Shown here: positions 9,003 to 18,812 of the stretch, in pieces
How the letters are laid out: each line of letters starts with the position of its first letter
Position numbering within the stretch: position 1 is the stretch's first letter
Source of the DNA: Desulfocapsa sulfexigens DSM 10523
GTDB lineage: Bacteria > Desulfobacterota > Desulfobulbia > Desulfobulbales > Desulfocapsaceae
DNA: 32,000 nt
Assembly: GCF_000341395.1 (NCBI RefSeq)
Contig: NC_020304.1
Span: forward strand, 930,001-962,000
Direction of reading: 5' to 3'
Made by a program: the position numbers and the translations under genes
Notes under the pieces: model-generated
What the model was told of the DNA's origin: nothing
The model's database searches: none
The model's input: the letters and a program-made list of their open reading frames with translations, nothing else

Positions 9003-9839
9003 CTATTGCTGTGGCTGATTACCAAACATACCTTTCAACATTTCCATGGCCTGCTGCATCTGTTCCTGATCCTCCGGAGACATCTGTTTTTGCTGCCCCT
9101 GCATTGCCGGGCCACGCCTCTTCTCTCCACTTTCCGGATCTTTCAGCATGGCGATGGTCTGTCTGGCCATCTCACGCGCGACGGCATCTGATTGCTGATC
9201 AAACACCGGTTCAATTCCCTGAGGAAACTGAAAAAATGAATCAGCAACCCTTCCTTTATCCACGGATGTTGCCTCGATTTTCATGTTCATCCCCATCATA
9301 TTTGTCTCAACGAGAAGCGGAAGACCTGAACCATGAATACTATAGACCACACTGCCCATCATTTCGGTCCGGTCACAGCTGTAACCAAGAATTTCTTTAG
9401 CATTCTGTTGTACCTTCCCGCCAAAACCTTCAGCGACAGAGACACCCATCTTTTCACCATTTTCACTGACCCGCTTTTGCTCAGCCCTGGAAAGTTTATT
9501 GTACTCTTCAATCATATACTTTTCGGGGTTAACATTCTTGGTACCTGTTCCCTCGGTCAAGTCAAAGTGATAACTCCATTCAGGAGTATCAATATCCACG
9601 GTTTCGTTTACCATGGTCATCCCCATCATGGTCGTTTTGGTTGTATGATAGGTGGCAACCTCACGGCCATAATCCCGGATATAAGTGATTTCACTCCCAT
9701 TCTCCATGCCACTGATGGTGTAATTGATGGTACCATGCTTAAAAGGCAGCTTTTTCTCCCAGGGATTTTTTTCCCCGGCAATTACACACAACGGTAACAG
9801 CAACACCAGTATGACCCCAAACAGACCCGCCTTTCTCAT
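9003..9839 (-). CDS. Hypothetical secreted protein with duplicated MMGM motif and Gln/Met-rich C-terminus
   Basis: I place the start at the ATG at 9839 (MRKAGLFGVILVLLLPLCVIAGE..., a signal peptide), with GGGGGA 6 nt upstream. The two halves each carry T-x-MMGM-x-M...E...VD (TTMMGMTMVNETVDID and TNMMGMNMKIEATSVD). The tail reads QGQQKQMSPEDQEQMQQAMEMLKGMFGNQPQQ. I do not recognise a family. Confidence 0.6.
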   Translation of the reverse strand: MRKAGLFGVILVLLLPLCVIAGEKNPWEKKLPFKHGTINYTISGMENGSEITYIRDYGREVATYHTTKTTMMGMTMVNETVDIDTPEWSYHFDLTEGTGTKNVNPEKYMIEEYNKLSRAEQKRVSENGEKMGVSVAEGFGGKVQQNAKEILGYSCDRTEMMGSVVYSIHGSGLPLLVETNMMGMNMKIEATSVDKGRVADSFFQFPQGIEPVFDQQSDAVAREMARQTIAMLKDPESGEKRRGPAMQGQQKQMSPEDQEQMQQAMEMLKGMFGNQPQQ

Positions 9840-9929
9840 TTTTAATCCCCCTGACATATCTAGCCGAGAACCCATTGTACTCTTTATTACTTTAGCAATC
9901 TGCAGAAAATTGTTCAATCCTTTCCTGCT

Positions 9930-10685
9930 TCATTGTTTCCGATGAATAGCAAAAGGACTCCAGCTCTGACAAACCGGCATCACCTCAAGACGATTTACAT
10001 TCACATGAGACGGACGGTCAGCCAGCCAATAGACAATCTCCGCTATATCCACCGGGGTAAGCGGCTCAGTCCCCTCATACACCGCATCTGCCTTTTCTTT
10101 GTCCCCATGAAAACGAACCACGGAAAACTCAGACTCTGCAAGTCCTGGTTCAACATTGGATACTCTAATTCCTGTGCCATGGAGATCGGCACGCAGGTTA
10201 TTGGAAAACTGCTTCACAAATGCCTTGGTTGCACCATAGGCATTTCCACCCGGATAGGGCCAGGAGCCTGCGATGGATCCAATATTGATAATATCTCCCT
10301 TCCCACGACTCACCATAGCCGGTAACAGGGCACGGGTCACATACAGCAGTCCTTTGATATTGGTATCCACCATATTTTCCCAATCATCAAGATCAGCATC
10401 CTGAGCCGGTTTCATACCAAGGGCAAGTCCTGCATTATTAACCAGCAGGTCAATATTGCTGTGTGATTCCGGCAAAGTCTTCACCATGTTCTCTACCTGC
10501 TCTCTTTTGCGAACATCACAGACAACGGTATGTACGGCAACCTCCGTCAGCTGGTTCTGAAGTTCCTGTAACCGCTCTTCGCGACGACCGCAAAGAACAA
10601 GGTCCCAACCTTTTTCGGCAAATATTTCGGCACACGCTCTGCCAAATCCTGAAGTTGCTCCTGTAATAAATGCTGTTTTGGTCAT
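9930..10685 (-). CDS. ydfG: NADP-dependent 3-hydroxy acid dehydrogenase (SDR, YdfG-like)
   Basis: 251-aa ORF with TGATSGFG (Rossmann fold), NNAG and the YGATKAF catalytic YxxxK. It is collinear with E. coli YdfG over nearly the whole length (LVNNAGLALGM.PA...DW..M.DTN.KGL.Y.TRA.LP.MV...G.IINIGS.AGSWPY.GGN.YGATKAFV.QFS.NLR.DLHGT..RV...EPGL). Confidence 0.88.
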   Translation of the reverse strand: MTKTAFITGATSGFGRACAEIFAEKGWDLVLCGRREERLQELQNQLTEVAVHTVVCDVRKREQVENMVKTLPESHSNIDLLVNNAGLALGMKPAQDADLDDWENMVDTNIKGLLYVTRALLPAMVSRGKGDIINIGSIAGSWPYPGGNAYGATKAFVKQFSNNLRADLHGTGIRVSNVEPGLAESEFSVVRFHGDKEKADAVYEGTEPLTPVDIAEIVYWLADRPSHVNVNRLEVMPVCQSWSPFAIHRKQ

Positions 10686-11860
10686 TATTGTCCTGCCTCC
10701 CTGTTAAAACACTCAGCAGCCCTTTTCATATCATCATCAACGAGATAGAAATGAGGCGCTATTCGTATATATTCTGAACGAACTGTTGCTACTATTCCGA
10801 GTTTCCCAACACGTTCCACAAGTTTTTGAGCATTTGTTTCAGGAAGAATCGCTAAAATCCCTGAACGGTGCGCCTCCGGAAAAAGTAACGGCGTGAAAAG
10901 ATCGGGATCAAGATACTGAAGAAAAACATTCTGTAATCGCAACACCTCCATTCGGATATCCTCCATGGGGTAGCGTAAAAAAACTGCATCCAGCAAACCA
11001 TTGATTGCAGCAAGATGTTCCCAGGACAGTGTGGAATATTCAAACTTACGCCCATCCACATGGGGATTCCAGGTGTGATCAAGATACTCAAGGCCCTGTT
11101 GCATCGAAGATGCTCCAACCATTGTTACTTCAATTTTATCTCGAAACTCAGGACTTGTATATAACAGTCCAGCTCCAAAGGGCCCCATAAGCCACTTCCA
11201 GGATGAGACAGCCACAGCTGCCACATTACACTCTTCCGGATACAGCGGCAGACACCCCACACTCTGAGCCCCATCAATAACAAGATCGATATTACGCTCC
11301 CTGCAGAACCTTCCCAGTTTTACCAAATCAGCTGCATAGCCACTACTGAATTGGACATGACTGAGGGCAATTATCCGTGTCCTGGAGCTTACCTTTGCCT
11401 CCAGTTCTTCCATGGACCATCCCCGTGGAGATGCTACGCCAGGAAGCGTCCCCAAGGGATCATGGTCATCCAGGAGGACAAGCTTTACTCCTCGTCTTTC
11501 CTGAAGACGCCACGGGTAATGGTTACTTGGAAATTCGTGAATATAACTGATTATTTCATCCCCAGGCTGAAACGGATAACCGTTGGCGATCAGGCACATC
11601 CCCTCCGCCGTGTTATGGGTACTGGAGATGTTCCCTGAATCAGTTTTAAATAACTGGCCACATTTTTGATGAAAACGGGGCAGCAAACTAAAAAAAGGTG
11701 GCAAGCGGCTGACTCCACCCTCGGCCATGGCCTTGAGATAGTCCTGAGCTGCCTCTTCTGCCTGCCGCTGCATGGGAGAAATAGCACAATGAGCCAGAAA
11801 GACGCTGTTTTTCTTTACAGGAAAGGCTTTCTCACTTTTATCGAACATACGAAAACTCAT
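10685..11860 (-). CDS. Class V aminotransferase-fold PLP enzyme (cysteine desulfurase / epimerase-like)
   Basis: 391-aa ORF. SHVQFSSGY...DLVIDGAQSVG and SSWKWLMGPFGAGLLY fit the class V pattern with a PLP lysine. Its stop overlaps the ydfG-like start by 1 nt (TAATG). Confidence 0.82.
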   Translation of the reverse strand: MSFRMFDKSEKAFPVKKNSVFLAHCAISPMQRQAEEAAQDYLKAMAEGGVSRLPPFFSLLPRFHQKCGQLFKTDSGNISSTHNTAEGMCLIANGYPFQPGDEIISYIHEFPSNHYPWRLQERRGVKLVLLDDHDPLGTLPGVASPRGWSMEELEAKVSSRTRIIALSHVQFSSGYAADLVKLGRFCRERNIDLVIDGAQSVGCLPLYPEECNVAAVAVSSWKWLMGPFGAGLLYTSPEFRDKIEVTMVGASSMQQGLEYLDHTWNPHVDGRKFEYSTLSWEHLAAINGLLDAVFLRYPMEDIRMEVLRLQNVFLQYLDPDLFTPLLFPEAHRSGILAILPETNAQKLVERVGKLGIVATVRSEYIRIAPHFYLVDDDMKRAAECFNREAGQ

Positions 11861-11868
11861 TTTTTAGA

Positions 11869-12534
11869 TTATTTCAAGGAAGGACACTCGTCACTCTGCG
11901 ACAGGTGTTGCGATGGGAAAACATGATGCTCCAGGACCAGGTCTGCACAGCTGTTGTTGATATGGGCAAAATCGAAAACCAGATCTTGTCGCCTCTTCCC
12001 TGTATTGTCCACAAGATACTGATAGATATCGATAAAAGGGATTTGCAATTCATCACAGCATCTGGCATAGGCATTATTTAACTGCTCCGTGTAATTGCTG
12101 CGTTCTTCACAGGTAGTGTTAAATGGATAGCTCAGGCCCTGTTGCCATTTCTCGGCTGCAGGTCCCAGAAAATCTCCGGTGGGCACCACATTAAAGACGT
12201 GTATCCGATAACCATCATTTCGCAACTTCTTTACATGGGAGGTATAGCGTTCAGCGGTTCTGGCGATAAGCTGTTCAATAGGAGTTCCCAGTTGCAGATG
12301 TTTATATTTGATATGGAGTCGAACATCCACTTCACCAAAACAGAAAATCAGCTCTTTTTCGCGCAGCGGTTTGAGGATTTCCAATAGTTTTTTCTGGTGA
12401 CGCTCCAGATTGTACGCAGTCTTACCGTCCAATTTATTGTATCCAGTCAGGACTCTGGAATCAGCAATAATATGATGATTCTCAAAACAACGCCTGGAAT
12501 GGCTATCGCCTACGGCAAATATTCTCCGGTCCAT
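11869..12534 (-). CDS. SGNH/GDSL-like hydrolase-fold protein (hypothetical)
   Basis: 221-aa ORF with block I FAVGDSHS, block II FCFGEVD, a block III-like FNVVP and block V DFAHIN (DxxH). It has no signal peptide and no SD. There are 7-8 nt gaps to both neighbours. Confidence 0.55.
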   Translation of the reverse strand: MDRRIFAVGDSHSRRCFENHHIIADSRVLTGYNKLDGKTAYNLERHQKKLLEILKPLREKELIFCFGEVDVRLHIKYKHLQLGTPIEQLIARTAERYTSHVKKLRNDGYRIHVFNVVPTGDFLGPAAEKWQQGLSYPFNTTCEERSNYTEQLNNAYARCCDELQIPFIDIYQYLVDNTGKRRQDLVFDFAHINNSCADLVLEHHVFPSQHLSQSDECPSLK

Positions 12535-12541
12535 AGGAGAT

Positions 12542-13927
12542 TTACTCAGCGCCGTTTCCCATACCCTCTCCAGCCAGATATGGAGTTAAGGATTCCCCCG
12601 TGGCCGTTTTTAATGACTGCCTGTTAGTATAGAGACCGATTAACGACAGGGCCAATCGGGACTGGGTCCGTACCAGATCCCGCTGCACCTCATTCAAACG
12701 TGCCAGGGACTCCTGTCCGGCCTTGTATCCCTCTTCAACCAGATCCCTGCTCTGTTCAACAAGTTTGACAGATGCACGCTGAAGTTTCAATTGTGCCCTT
12801 GCCTGTTCCAGCCTGGTGATGGCCTGCCTCACCTCACTTTGCACTTTGTTTTTCTGCTGTTCAAGGGTACGCACCGCTTCTCTCCGGAAGGCCTTTGCCT
12901 CAGCAACTTTCGCTCTGTCACCCCCACCTCGGAAGAGGTTGTAAGAGAGATTCACAGATACCGTAGAACCAAAATCATCTTCTTCAAAACCCATATCGTC
13001 CAGTCTGTTTCCATCGACGGATCCATTGAGTGACAGTTGAGGATAGAACCTGGCCTTATTACTGCCAACAGCCGACTCAGCACGCTGTACACTGAACTCC
13101 TGCCGCAGAAGATCTGGTCGATTGTTCGCAGCCACCTGGAGCAACTGATCAGTAGACAGGCTAACGAATTCACTTTCCTCCACCATTTCAACCCGCTCTA
13201 GACGTAACCCCTCCGGCATACGTCCACTCTCACGACCGAGCAATACAGCCAATCCATACAGGGCCAGATCATAGTCACGCTCGGCGAGGAGAATTTCAGT
13301 GGAGGCATTGTTCATCTGTACCTGAAAATTGAGTAGTGCCGAGAGTGACCCTGCCCCGGCATTCATGCTCACTCTTGCCTCATCAGCCTGCTTCGAATTA
13401 AAAGAAAAATCGGCTTCAGCGATGGCTTTATTATACAGAGCCAACTGTGCACCGTAGTAACTCTCAGCAACGGATTGGAGAAGAAGCCGCATACCATCCC
13501 GTCTTGCCTGTTCCGTTTCCTGCTGCCCGGATTCGGCTATGAGATTATTGAATTTTCTGGAAAAGCCATCAAAGAGAAGCCAGGAGGCACCGATGGAGAT
13601 CTGGTATCTCTCACTGCTTCGATCAACATCGGCACCACCCAAAATCATGGATTGAGTGGCAGCATCAGCTGCCGACATTCTTCCCGATACCGCAGCGCCC
13701 CCGGCATCAACGCTTGGGTAGTACAGGGCTCTTGCCTGCTCAATTCGCTGCCGTGCCTGTTCCACCCGCTCTGCTGCAGCAGCAAGGGAAGGATTCCCTG
13801 CAAGTGCAATCTCCTGAGCAGTTTCAAGATCGAGCACTTCTACTTCTTCAAGCGTTTTTCCACCCGCAAGAGAAGCAGAGATAAAATATATTGTCAGTAC
13901 AATTAAAAAAGATATTTTCCAGTTCAT
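12542..13927 (-). CDS. TolC-family outer membrane efflux protein
   Basis: 461-aa ORF with an N-terminal signal peptide and two OEP-type repeats with long heptad/coiled regions (..LDLETAQEIALAGNPSL.., ..LLQVAANNRPDLL..). It starts 1 nt after the RND gene stop. Confidence 0.9.
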   Translation of the reverse strand: MNWKISFLIVLTIYFISASLAGGKTLEEVEVLDLETAQEIALAGNPSLAAAAERVEQARQRIEQARALYYPSVDAGGAAVSGRMSAADAATQSMILGGADVDRSSERYQISIGASWLLFDGFSRKFNNLIAESGQQETEQARRDGMRLLLQSVAESYYGAQLALYNKAIAEADFSFNSKQADEARVSMNAGAGSLSALLNFQVQMNNASTEILLAERDYDLALYGLAVLLGRESGRMPEGLRLERVEMVEESEFVSLSTDQLLQVAANNRPDLLRQEFSVQRAESAVGSNKARFYPQLSLNGSVDGNRLDDMGFEEDDFGSTVSVNLSYNLFRGGGDRAKVAEAKAFRREAVRTLEQQKNKVQSEVRQAITRLEQARAQLKLQRASVKLVEQSRDLVEEGYKAGQESLARLNEVQRDLVRTQSRLALSLIGLYTNRQSLKTATGESLTPYLAGEGMGNGAE

Positions 13928-13928
13928 T

Positions 13929-16900
13929 TTATTTTAGCGCCCTCGGTTCAACTTCCTCACGTGCAGGCCAAGTCCCACTTATCCCCTTCACTATAATTCT
14001 TCTGAAATCGTTCATGATAACCAGCAGACTCGGAATCAATATCAGCGTCAATCCAGTCGCAAAAACCACACCACCAGCAACAGACAGGGCCATGGGAATA
14101 AGAAATTTTGCCTGCATATCTGTTTCCACTATAAGCGGTGCCAGCCCTCCAACGGTACTGATCGATGTGAGAAAAATAGCACGAAACCGCCTGGCACCAC
14201 CCTGAATAATTGCATCAAAGAGTTTCATTCCACCGCTGAGGTTCTCGTTGACCCGCTCTATCAGAACAATAGCATCATTAATCACTACTCCGGACAGGGC
14301 TACCATTCCAAAAATTGACATCATGGAAAGATTATAACCAAGAAGGAGATGTCCGATAATGGCGCCGATAATCCCGAAGGGAATGGTAAACATTATAATA
14401 AACGGCTGAAGATAGGAACGAAATATTGTAGCAATAATGACAAAGATCCCCACCATCGCTATGGGAAATCCTACTTTCAACGACGCAAAGGATTCCCTGG
14501 TATTTTTCTTGGAACCCTCCATGGCCAGATGAATACCTGGATACTTCGTCTTCAGTTCACGAAATGTTGTTCCCCCTAGTTCAGCAAAGATTTCATCGGC
14601 ATTCGCCAGCCGGTTATTCACCTCCGCGGTCACCTGTATTCGACGCAAGCCGTCAGTACGCGTAATGGTAGAGTACCCTGGTGCAAAGCTGATATTTGCA
14701 ACGGAAAGCAGGGGCACTTCACGACCGTCGAGTGTACGAATATGAACTTTCTCGAAGTCAGAAATACGACTCCTTTCAAAAGCCGTGTAGCGCACCTTCA
14801 CCCGGATATCATCCTTGCCGCGCTGCAGACGAAAGGCTTCTCTTCCATAAAAACCTGCATTAATCTGTCCGGCAAGATCCTGTACGGTAAGTCCAAGAGG
14901 TGTCGCCTCAGGTTTCAGACTCAGCTGCAGTTCATTTTTACCCTGGGCATAATCAGAACGAATCTGATATACCCCCTGAAACTCAGTAAGTGCATCCTGC
15001 AAATCATCGGCAGCATTGAGCAGATTTTCCATATCACGGCCCTGAAGCCAGACCTCTATCTCAGCACCCGAAGGACCAGCCGCCATTCCTTCAAAGGAAA
15101 GACTTTTTACTCCCGGAATTCCACCTACTTCCTTTTCCCAGGCAATAAGCAGGTCATTTGAATGTACACCCCGTTTTTCCGATGGTAACAAGATAACCTG
15201 GATGGACCCCATATGAGGCCCCGTAGCCCCCATCTCTCCTGACAGGACCTGACCAACAAGGACTAATCGCTGCTGGACAAGAGGCTCCCCGCTAATTGTT
15301 TTTGTCTTTTCAGCCAGACGATCAAAAGCCGCCTCGATCTGCTTCAATGCCTGACTCGTGACATCAGGAGGCGTTCCTTCCGGGAATTCAACGGTGGAAG
15401 TAATAACAAAACCGTCAAGTTTTGGAAAAACCTGAAATTTAACAAGCCCCCCCTTGACCAGTCCCACACTGAGTATAAGTACGGATATGGCCACAGCCAG
15501 TGAAACATAGCGCCAGTTCAGAACTATATTAATAAAAGGTACATAACGTTTTTCTATAAAGGTCTCAAGCCCGGTACTTACAGACGCACGCCCTCGTTCT
15601 ATAAGGGCAAAAGGGGCCCACAATTTCTTTGGTTTATTCAAGTCCGGCAAATGACTCAGATGTGCAGGCAGAAGCAGCAGTGATTCAACGAGGGAAATCA
15701 GGAGACAGGCAATAACCACCACAGGTAAAATGGCGACAAACTTGCCCATGGTTCCTCCGACAAAAGAGAGTGGAATAAAAGCAACTATAGTGGTTGTTAC
15801 AGCCGCCAGTACCGGCATGGCAACCTCCGACACTCCACTTATCGCCGCTTGAAGTGGAGGTTCACCCCGTTTTCTATGCACATAAATGGCCTCTCCAACG
15901 ACAATTGCATCATCCACCACGATTCCAAGTACCATAATAAGGCCAAAGAGTGAGATCATATTGATGGTGGCGTCAGTTGACCAGAGAATAAACATGGCCC
16001 CGGCAATGGAGATGGGAATCCCCAGACCTGCCCAGAAGGACAGCCGCATATCAAGAAAAAGCCAAAGCATGAAAAAAACCAGACAGAGGCCAATAATCCC
16101 ATTCCGGGTAAGGAGGTTTATGCGGGAACGAAGCGAATCGGTGGTGTCATAAAAAACTGAGATATGAACCCCCGGTGGCAAAACCTTTTCTTTTTCTGCA
16201 ACAAATGCCTGCACCTCGTTGGAAATCTTAATGGCATCTTCATCTTCAGTTTTAGAGATCTGAACAAACATTGCCGGTTGATCATCGATGGTTGCAAAAA
16301 TAGGATCTTCAATAAAACCATCGCGGATGACTGCTATACGATCAAGGGTAATGATCTCGCCACCAGGACTCGCCAGCACCACTATTTCTGCCAGTTCCTC
16401 ACCCGTGTACTTACGCCCCACCGTCCTTATCCTGATGTCCTCACCGACTGTGCGGAGAGTTCCTCCTGACTGGTTGAGGCTGGACTTACGCACCACTGAG
16501 GCAACCTGATCAAAAGTTAATCCGTATCTCCGTAGCTTTTCCTCCGAAATCTCAATTGCAATTTCATAGTCTCGGGTTCCATAAGCCTCCACCTGAGAGA
16601 TGAGTGGACTCAATTTCACCTCATCCTTAATATCCTCTCCCCATTGCTTAAGCTGTTTTTCGCTCAGATCTCCTGACAGTGCGAGCAGCATCACCACCTG
16701 TTTGCGGACAATCTCACGAATAATAGGTTTCTCTGCATCAACAGGAAGATTCGAGATGGCATTCACATGGGACCGCACCTTATCCAGCACCTCAGCAGTG
16801 TCATGTCCATCTTTGACATCAATGGTAACAGAAGCCATATTCTCCATGGATTTAGTGGTATACTGGTCAATTCCCTGAATGGATTCCAGTGCTTCTTCTA

Positions 16901-17102
16901 TCTTTTGATTAATACCCTCCTCCACTTCCTCTGGGTCAGCTCCAGGATAGGGAACGGTAATAACTATTTTATCAATGGAGAACTCCGGAAAGCTCTCCCG
17001 GACCATCATTTTTGTCGCCAGAAATCCTGCAAAAAAGATCAAGAGAAGAAGGATATTGGCAAAAACCGTGTTACGGGCAAAAGAGGCAAGCAGATTATTC
17101 AT
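13929..17102 (-). CDS. RND efflux transporter permease (AcrB/AcrD/AcrF family)
   Basis: 1057-aa ORF. The AcrB-type N-terminus reads FARNTVFANILLLLIFFAGF....ESFPE, with two large periplasmic loops and a 12-TM layout. Its start overlaps the adaptor gene stop by 1 nt. Confidence 0.95.
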   Translation of the reverse strand: MNNLLASFARNTVFANILLLLIFFAGFLATKMMVRESFPEFSIDKIVITVPYPGADPEEVEEGINQKIEEALESIQGIDQYTTKSMENMASVTIDVKDGHDTAEVLDKVRSHVNAISNLPVDAEKPIIREIVRKQVVMLLALSGDLSEKQLKQWGEDIKDEVKLSPLISQVEAYGTRDYEIAIEISEEKLRRYGLTFDQVASVVRKSSLNQSGGTLRTVGEDIRIRTVGRKYTGEELAEIVVLASPGGEIITLDRIAVIRDGFIEDPIFATIDDQPAMFVQISKTEDEDAIKISNEVQAFVAEKEKVLPPGVHISVFYDTTDSLRSRINLLTRNGIIGLCLVFFMLWLFLDMRLSFWAGLGIPISIAGAMFILWSTDATINMISLFGLIMVLGIVVDDAIVVGEAIYVHRKRGEPPLQAAISGVSEVAMPVLAAVTTTIVAFIPLSFVGGTMGKFVAILPVVVIACLLISLVESLLLLPAHLSHLPDLNKPKKLWAPFALIERGRASVSTGLETFIEKRYVPFINIVLNWRYVSLAVAISVLILSVGLVKGGLVKFQVFPKLDGFVITSTVEFPEGTPPDVTSQALKQIEAAFDRLAEKTKTISGEPLVQQRLVLVGQVLSGEMGATGPHMGSIQVILLPSEKRGVHSNDLLIAWEKEVGGIPGVKSLSFEGMAAGPSGAEIEVWLQGRDMENLLNAADDLQDALTEFQGVYQIRSDYAQGKNELQLSLKPEATPLGLTVQDLAGQINAGFYGREAFRLQRGKDDIRVKVRYTAFERSRISDFEKVHIRTLDGREVPLLSVANISFAPGYSTITRTDGLRRIQVTAEVNNRLANADEIFAELGGTTFRELKTKYPGIHLAMEGSKKNTRESFASLKVGFPIAMVGIFVIIATIFRSYLQPFIIMFTIPFGIIGAIIGHLLLGYNLSMMSIFGMVALSGVVINDAIVLIERVNENLSGGMKLFDAIIQGGARRFRAIFLTSISTVGGLAPLIVETDMQAKFLIPMALSVAGGVVFATGLTLILIPSLLVIMNDFRRIIVKGISGTWPAREEVEPRALK

Positions 17103-18343
17103 TACTTCTCACCCTCGGGAGATGGTGTGGCTGTTTGTATGACGTCAACAAGACTGCGTTCAAGAGGATTGACAAGGCGAGTAGTAACAACCATATCGCC
17201 CTGATCCAAACCATCGTTGACATATGCCTTGTTATCCTGAACTCTGGCGACCTTCACAGGAACAGTCTCCAGACGGCCGTCACGAACAACGTAGACAGTG
17301 TTTTCAAAACTGACAGCCCAGCGTGGCAAGCCCACCACCTTCTTCATCGTTCCACCAGGAATTACCACCCGGCAGAACATTCCTGAAACCAGGGGCATTG
17401 GTATGTTTTTCTCAGCAAACTGCTTGGAATCGAGCCGTAGAACCACCTTCACCGTTCGAGTCTTCTGGTCAAAAAAACTGACTCTGTTCATAGTGGCCAC
17501 AGCCCTGTTACCTGCATCTTCAGTCCAGACAACTTCGCACTCTACGGGTTTCACTGCCGAAAACCACGCATCAGATCCTGCCGATGCCGACTGTGCCACC
17601 TTGTTTTCTGAAAACTGCAGCCAGGCAAAGGCATCACGACTGTCGAGTGGCACTTCAAGTTCCAACACAGAGTCATCCGCCAGTCCGAGAACAATCTTTC
17701 CCGGTGCCACATACTGCCCTTTCTCAATATTTTTTGAGGTAATCCGGCAGGTAAAGGGAGCATAGACCATACAGCGCTCAAGATTAATTTCAGCCCGAAT
17801 CATGGCCTGCTGGACCTGAGCCAGCTTGTCAGCGGAATTGTTCGCTGCCTGCTCAGCTTTTTCTACTCCTGCTCTGGTTCCAACTTTATTTTTTTCAAAC
17901 AGAATTCTGGCACGTTCCAGTTCTTTCGCCGTGAGCTCTTTATCCCGTTTCAAAATAGCAAGGCGTGCCCTGTTAGACTCATAGTCGTTGCGATAATCCC
18001 GATCATCTATTGCAAAAAGCAATTCCCCTTTTGCTATCACCTCACCGGTCTGCAACCGGGGATGTACCTCAACAACGGATCCTGCTACCTCGGCAGCAAT
18101 TTCCACCATACGAATGGACCGCAACTCGCCATGAGCCTCTATGGACACAGGGACATCTGCAAACATGGCTGCAACTGCTGCCACCTTGAGAGGTCGCTCT
18201 ACCTGAACAGCATGGCTGGGAGCCTTTTTTCTGCTTTTTAAGAATCTAAAACCACCCAATCCAATCAGTAGAATAATAAGACAGGCAACAACTCGAATAA
18301 TTACAGTTGTGCGCATACTGTTTTTTTGTTCACTCATGATCAT
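17102..18343 (-). CDS. RND efflux periplasmic adaptor (membrane fusion protein, HlyD family)
   Basis: 413-aa ORF with an N-terminal membrane anchor, a coiled-coil hairpin (RARLAILKRDKELTAKELERARILFEKN...) and lipoyl and beta-barrel segments. It lies directly upstream of the RND permease. Confidence 0.9.
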   Translation of the reverse strand: MIMSEQKNSMRTTVIIRVVACLIILLIGLGGFRFLKSRKKAPSHAVQVERPLKVAAVAAMFADVPVSIEAHGELRSIRMVEIAAEVAGSVVEVHPRLQTGEVIAKGELLFAIDDRDYRNDYESNRARLAILKRDKELTAKELERARILFEKNKVGTRAGVEKAEQAANNSADKLAQVQQAMIRAEINLERCMVYAPFTCRITSKNIEKGQYVAPGKIVLGLADDSVLELEVPLDSRDAFAWLQFSENKVAQSASAGSDAWFSAVKPVECEVVWTEDAGNRAVATMNRVSFFDQKTRTVKVVLRLDSKQFAEKNIPMPLVSGMFCRVVIPGGTMKKVVGLPRWAVSFENTVYVVRDGRLETVPVKVARVQDNKAYVNDGLDQGDMVVTTRLVNPLERSLVDVIQTATPSPEGEK

Positions 18344-18812
18344 TTACTCTTTCCTGTTTTGATAATACCTGCTCAACACGTTCAAGCACTTCACACCACT
18401 TCTGCGCCGTCTCCGGGCCCACTTTTTCAACCAGATCAAGAAAGGCGGCCAGAACTGCTTCCTCCATCTTTTCTGCTTGTACTGCAGCCATTTTTGACAG
18501 ATGAACCACAACCTTTCGTCTATCCTCAATACTCCGTTCACGATGTACAAACCCCTTGTCTTCCAGGCGATCAACCATACATGATGCCGAAGGCGGCGAG
18601 ACATTCAACTTTTCGGCAAGATGTGAGATTGTGCTTTTCCCGCAGCCATGCAAGGTCATAAGCATCTGCACCTGAGCCGTAGACAGTTCCTCTCCCTGGC
18701 AACATACGCGCCCACTGTGGAGACCGGACTGGATGGAAAAAACATGATCTTTCAGTTTGCGCCCGGCACTGGCGATAAAGCGCGCCTGCTCAACCGTTTT
18801 TTCGTTAGTCAT
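18330..18812 (-). CDS. MarR-family transcriptional regulator
   Basis: 160-aa ORF with a winged HTH: LSTAQVQMLMTLHGCGKSTISHLAEKLNVSPPSASCMVDRLEDKGFVHRERSIEDRRKVVVHLS. It overlaps the adaptor gene by 14 nt. Confidence 0.85.
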   Translation of the reverse strand: MTNEKTVEQARFIASAGRKLKDHVFSIQSGLHSGRVCCQGEELSTAQVQMLMTLHGCGKSTISHLAEKLNVSPPSASCMVDRLEDKGFVHRERSIEDRRKVVVHLSKMAAVQAEKMEEAVLAAFLDLVEKVGPETAQKWCEVLERVEQVLSKQERVNDHE

